A stretch of DNA of 63,932 bases, the filler included. It is 7 parts of 7 records of this genome, joined end to end, with 100 filler letters (N's around TTAATTAATTAA, not from the genome) between each part and the next. Parts side by side here need not be neighbours in the genome. Positions count along the whole stretch, not along the records: positions 56,677 to 63,932 come from DRR723986_10945; 6 more parts are not named here. One strand, 5' to 3'. Both the position numbers and the translations under genes were made by a program. Below are positions 60,899-63,932 of this stretch, one piece after another. Below the pieces are notes generated by a model. That model had not been told where the DNA came from, did no database searches, and saw nothing but the letters and a program-made list of their open reading frames with translations. Positions within the stretch are counted from its first letter, which is position 1, and every line of letters begins with the position of its first letter.

Positions 60899-62093
60899 GC
60901 CTTCGACCTCTTTAGAACTGCGCCTGCTCGTCATAGCTGGTCTGGCCTTATCCGGCCTCAGCTATGTGACCAATCTATTACTGGCCAATTCGATGGGCCC
61001 CGAGATTTTCGGACAATATACCTACGCGCTGGTCGTTGGCGCCCTTTTTGGACAAGTAGTTGTCTTCGGCAGCGCTGAAACCGGCATCAGGCTGAAAACC
61101 AATTATGGTGCGGATGCGCTCGATTGGATCTTTACGGCCAGAATTGTAAATTTTTTTCTGGTCTTGATCGGAGCTGTATCCGCATTCCTGATCAGCAGCG
61201 ACAAAGCCGTCATTTTTGCGCTGGTTGTCACATTGAATTCACTTTCGTTTGCAACCCAATACGAAGCCCAAGGGCGCAATGTTCGCTACGCCTCTGTTTT
61301 CCTTGTTGAACGTATTCTCATCACATTGTTCATCTGGATTGGCATTCTATTCCTGGATAGCCACCTTATGTTTTGGGTCTTTGGTACGATGGCGTTGATC
61401 CAAGGCGCATCGCTTTTCGTCCAACACTTCGAGAACCGGACCATAAAGATTAGCTTCCGATGCAAGGGTCTCTTCAATGTCTACAAAGAGGGCCTTTTCG
61501 TTCTTGTATTCTCTCTGTCAAAGTTCTCTTTTGGTGGTGTCACCCGACTACTGATATTCAATCAGCTTGGAGGGGAACTGATGGGCATATTTGCTGCCGC
61601 ATGGCAGTTCGTACCGCTGTCCACGCTGTATTTTGCACAGACAACAAGGACCTGGAGATTGCGGATCACCGAAGCGCTCAGAGATGGAGATTCTTATGAG
61701 TTCTCGCAAAACCTAAAGGCCTTAACCCTTTTTGTCATGGTGCCTTCGTTGCTGGCTGCAATTGTGTTTTGGGTGTTCGGCCATACCATCATCGGATTGT
61801 TGCTGACTCCAGAATATCGGGATGCCGGTTCGTTGATGCCGTATATCGGAGCTTATTTTCTGGTTGTTGGGTTCGACAGTGTCATCGTGTTGCTGGCGAT
61901 TGCCAACTCCAGGGCGATGCTTGCCGGCATGATCTATTTGGTGTTTGGCGGGCTCACGATCCTTGCCTGTTTGCTTCTGGCCAAGGACCACGGACTTGAG
62001 GGATATCTGCTGACAATTGTCCTTGGACATTTTCTTGCCGCGGCCGTTCTTGGTGTGGCCGTGTCGCGATCCGTTCGGAGGTCGCTGCAATGA
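60882..62093 (+). CDS. Putative oligosaccharide flippase (Wzx-like)
   Basis: About 12 TMs; LANSMGPE.FG.Y, G.FAAA and PEY..A motifs. Confidence 0.8.
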   Translation: MPLLFKPSTSLELRLLVIAGLALSGLSYVTNLLLANSMGPEIFGQYTYALVVGALFGQVVVFGSAETGIRLKTNYGADALDWIFTARIVNFFLVLIGAVSAFLISSDKAVIFALVVTLNSLSFATQYEAQGRNVRYASVFLVERILITLFIWIGILFLDSHLMFWVFGTMALIQGASLFVQHFENRTIKISFRCKGLFNVYKEGLFVLVFSLSKFSFGGVTRLLIFNQLGGELMGIFAAAWQFVPLSTLYFAQTTRTWRLRITEALRDGDSYEFSQNLKALTLFVMVPSLLAAIVFWVFGHTIIGLLLTPEYRDAGSLMPYIGAYFLVVGFDSVIVLLAIANSRAMLAGMIYLVFGGLTILACLLLAKDHGLEGYLLTIVLGHFLAAAVLGVAVSRSVRRSLQ

Positions 62094-63064
62094 GCGCACG
62101 CACCCAATCCCCTCAGGCGCCCCTGATCTTCGACATGATGTCTCCCAAAGGACACGTCCGATTGAACAGGTTCTATCTGGCAAAGGTGTTCGACAGCAAT
62201 TCCCGGCTGTTTATTTCGATGGATCTTGCCGAAGAGTACAAGGGCTTCGACGTTTATCCTCTGAGGGAGAAACCCTGTGGATCATCGTTTCTAGAACGAT
62301 TGGCATTGGCTTTCCGCGTGTTGCGGATCATACGCCAGCATAAAGCCAAAAACGTTGTGTTCCTGTCCTACGACCTTGCAACTTTACCGCTGGTATCCAA
62401 TGTTTTGCAGCGGATGGGAGTGGATGTAACTTGCTTCGAGCATAATACCGCACCCAGTTCTAGGTTGCGTGTCCTGTTTCACAGGCTTAGCGGTAAACAC
62501 GTCCGACGCTTGGTGTATACGCCGTATTTGCAGGACTTGTACCACTCACTTGGACTTGAAGCCAAGTATGTGCCGCACCCCTGCTTGCCCTGCGAAACGC
62601 AACCTGACGGGTCCCATGAATGGAACTCCATCGTCTCCGGGCATTCACCAAGGAACACGAAGACCGGGTTTTGCCCAAGCGGCAGCGTCACGCTCGGACA
62701 AATGGAAAACATCGCCATCCAGTATCCAGATGTGCTCTTTGTCATGAAATCTAAAGAGACATCCCGCCTGCCCAATCTTCTGTCCGCGCCTTATTTCGTG
62801 CATTACGGCAACGCGATGGAACAGTGCGATTTCGCGGTCATCCCGTTTGCCAGTGCGCACAAGGTCAGCGGCCCGGTGTTCGAAGCGCTTGCCATGGGAA
62901 AACCGGTTCTCGTTCTGGAAAACCAGCTTGGGAAATACCTGAAATCGCTTTTTGCCCAGCAGGTCTTTTTCCCAGGCGAACCAATTCCCGCAGACATAGC
63001 GCCTACTGACTGCGCAAGATTCAATCAGGATATCATCCAGCTCTGTGGCAAGTACCTGTCATAA
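62090..63064 (+). CDS. Divergent GT-B glycosyltransferase
   Basis: C-terminal DFAVIPF..SGPVFEALAMGKPV; ATGA overlap with the flippase gene. Confidence 0.7.
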   Translation: MSARTQSPQAPLIFDMMSPKGHVRLNRFYLAKVFDSNSRLFISMDLAEEYKGFDVYPLREKPCGSSFLERLALAFRVLRIIRQHKAKNVVFLSYDLATLPLVSNVLQRMGVDVTCFEHNTAPSSRLRVLFHRLSGKHVRRLVYTPYLQDLYHSLGLEAKYVPHPCLPCETQPDGSHEWNSIVSGHSPRNTKTGFCPSGSVTLGQMENIAIQYPDVLFVMKSKETSRLPNLLSAPYFVHYGNAMEQCDFAVIPFASAHKVSGPVFEALAMGKPVLVLENQLGKYLKSLFAQQVFFPGEPIPADIAPTDCARFNQDIIQLCGKYLS

Positions 63065-63164
63065 AAGAAGCAGGGCAATCGCATATGGCTGTGACGCAGT
63101 GAACGGCATGGGTTGCGGCTGGGCTCATGATGGATTCTGAAGGTGGACTCATCCCCGGAGAGAG

Positions 63165-63398
63165 TATGGACAATCTATCACATGGTCGCGTCATCGGCAT
63201 AGATGTCAGCGGCGACTGGCTGGACCTGCATTCCCTCCCAGATGGGCATCGCGTCAGAGTGCCGAACTCTCCGGCAGGTCATGCTGCCGTGGCGGAGCTT
63301 GCCCATAACCGGGATGCCGTCGTCTGCTTTGAGTCGACCGGCGGTCAAGAATGGCAGCTCTGGGCGCTTCTTGAGGCGCAAGGCGTTCCAGCGCGCCA
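63165..63398 (+). pseudogene. IS110-family transposase, N-terminal fragment
   Basis: VIGIDVS and CFESTGG (first D and E of the DEDD RuvC-like domain); GGAG RBS; truncated. Confidence 0.8.
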
Positions 63399-63932
63399 GG
63401 TGTCTTTGCCCGGATGATGGCCGGTCTGGCTGCGGAGCATGGCGAAGAGAAGACCGTGATGATCGATGCCACCTATCTGAAGGCCCACCGAACAGCGACC
63501 AGCATGGGCGTGAAAAAGGGGGGCGTGGTCGCCTGATTGGCCGAACCAAAGGCGGGATGAACACCAAGCTGCACGCCATCTGCGACAGCCAGGGCCGCGC
63601 GCTCGACCTGTTCGTCACTGCCGGGCAAGTCAGCGATTACATCGGAGCACGGGCGTTGTTGAGCAGCCTGCCTGATGTCGATTGGTTGCTCGGGGACCGA
63701 GGATACGACGCCGACTGGTTCAGAGAGGCATTGAAAGACAAAGGGATACGCGCCTGCATCCCTGGCCGGAAACAACGGACGAAACCGGTAAAATACGACA
63801 AACGCCGCTACAAACGGCGCAACCGGATTGAGATCATGTTCGGCACGCTCAAGGATTGGAGGCGTGTTGCGATCCGTTACGACAGGTGCCCAAAGGTCTT
63901 CCTGTCAGCCATCGCTCTCGCGGCCATCGTCA
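63399..63932 (+). mobile_element. IS5-family transposase remnant lacking its 5' part, with a -1 frameshift site
   Basis: MIDATYLKAHR; A5G6 slip at 63513-63523; then GRTKGGMNTKLH, LGDRGYDAD, YKRRNRIE.MF, RYDR. Confidence 0.9.

Overview
This window is not one genomic locus. It is seven unrelated, probably marine metagenomic, contigs joined by 100-bp N spacers, each containing TTAATTAATTAA (stops in all six frames). (1) 1-7037: GC-rich, Rhodobacteraceae-like; nrdR-ribD, an opposite-strand kpsS-kpsD/wza-kpsC capsule block, riboflavin synthase, and the sdaA 3' end. (2) 7138-13354: Marinobacter-like gammaproteobacterium; ABC solute-binding protein, ApbE flavin transferase, a Tat-exported DUF1501-like protein and a heme-c (CxxCH)/LamG fusion. 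(3) 13455-34603: AT-rich Bacteroidota; nqrABCDEF behind a Fur-box-like palindrome, housekeeping genes (upp, def, truA, porQ, menF, menI, lptF/G, tgt, ECF sigma) and a terminal REP-like repeat cluster. (4) 34704-43263: Hyphomonadaceae-like; pccB start, DUF1800/DUF1501 pair, SDR, crcB-rluA-HAD-ATP12, tRNA-Gly(CCC). (5) 43364-50172: Rhodobacteraceae-like; mtgA, fzlA/GST, queG, epimerase, two L,D-transpeptidases, CAP protein, palindrome cluster, microprotein, rlmN. (6) 50273-56576: FCB-group-like; a membrane protein with a GldL-like transmembrane hairpin, a STAND-like ATPase-TPR protein with no evident effector domain, an ORFan and a decayed IS3. (7) 56677-63932: alphaproteobacterial surface-polysaccharide locus (MarR-EPS, wecB, wecC, wzy, wzx, GT) ending in an IS110/IS5 fusion remnant. 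The best candidates for under-described systems are the heme-c/LamG + DUF1501-like + ApbE cluster and the GldL-like membrane protein + ATPase-TPR pair. Taxonomy and family calls come from recognising motifs and composition by eye; no searches were run.
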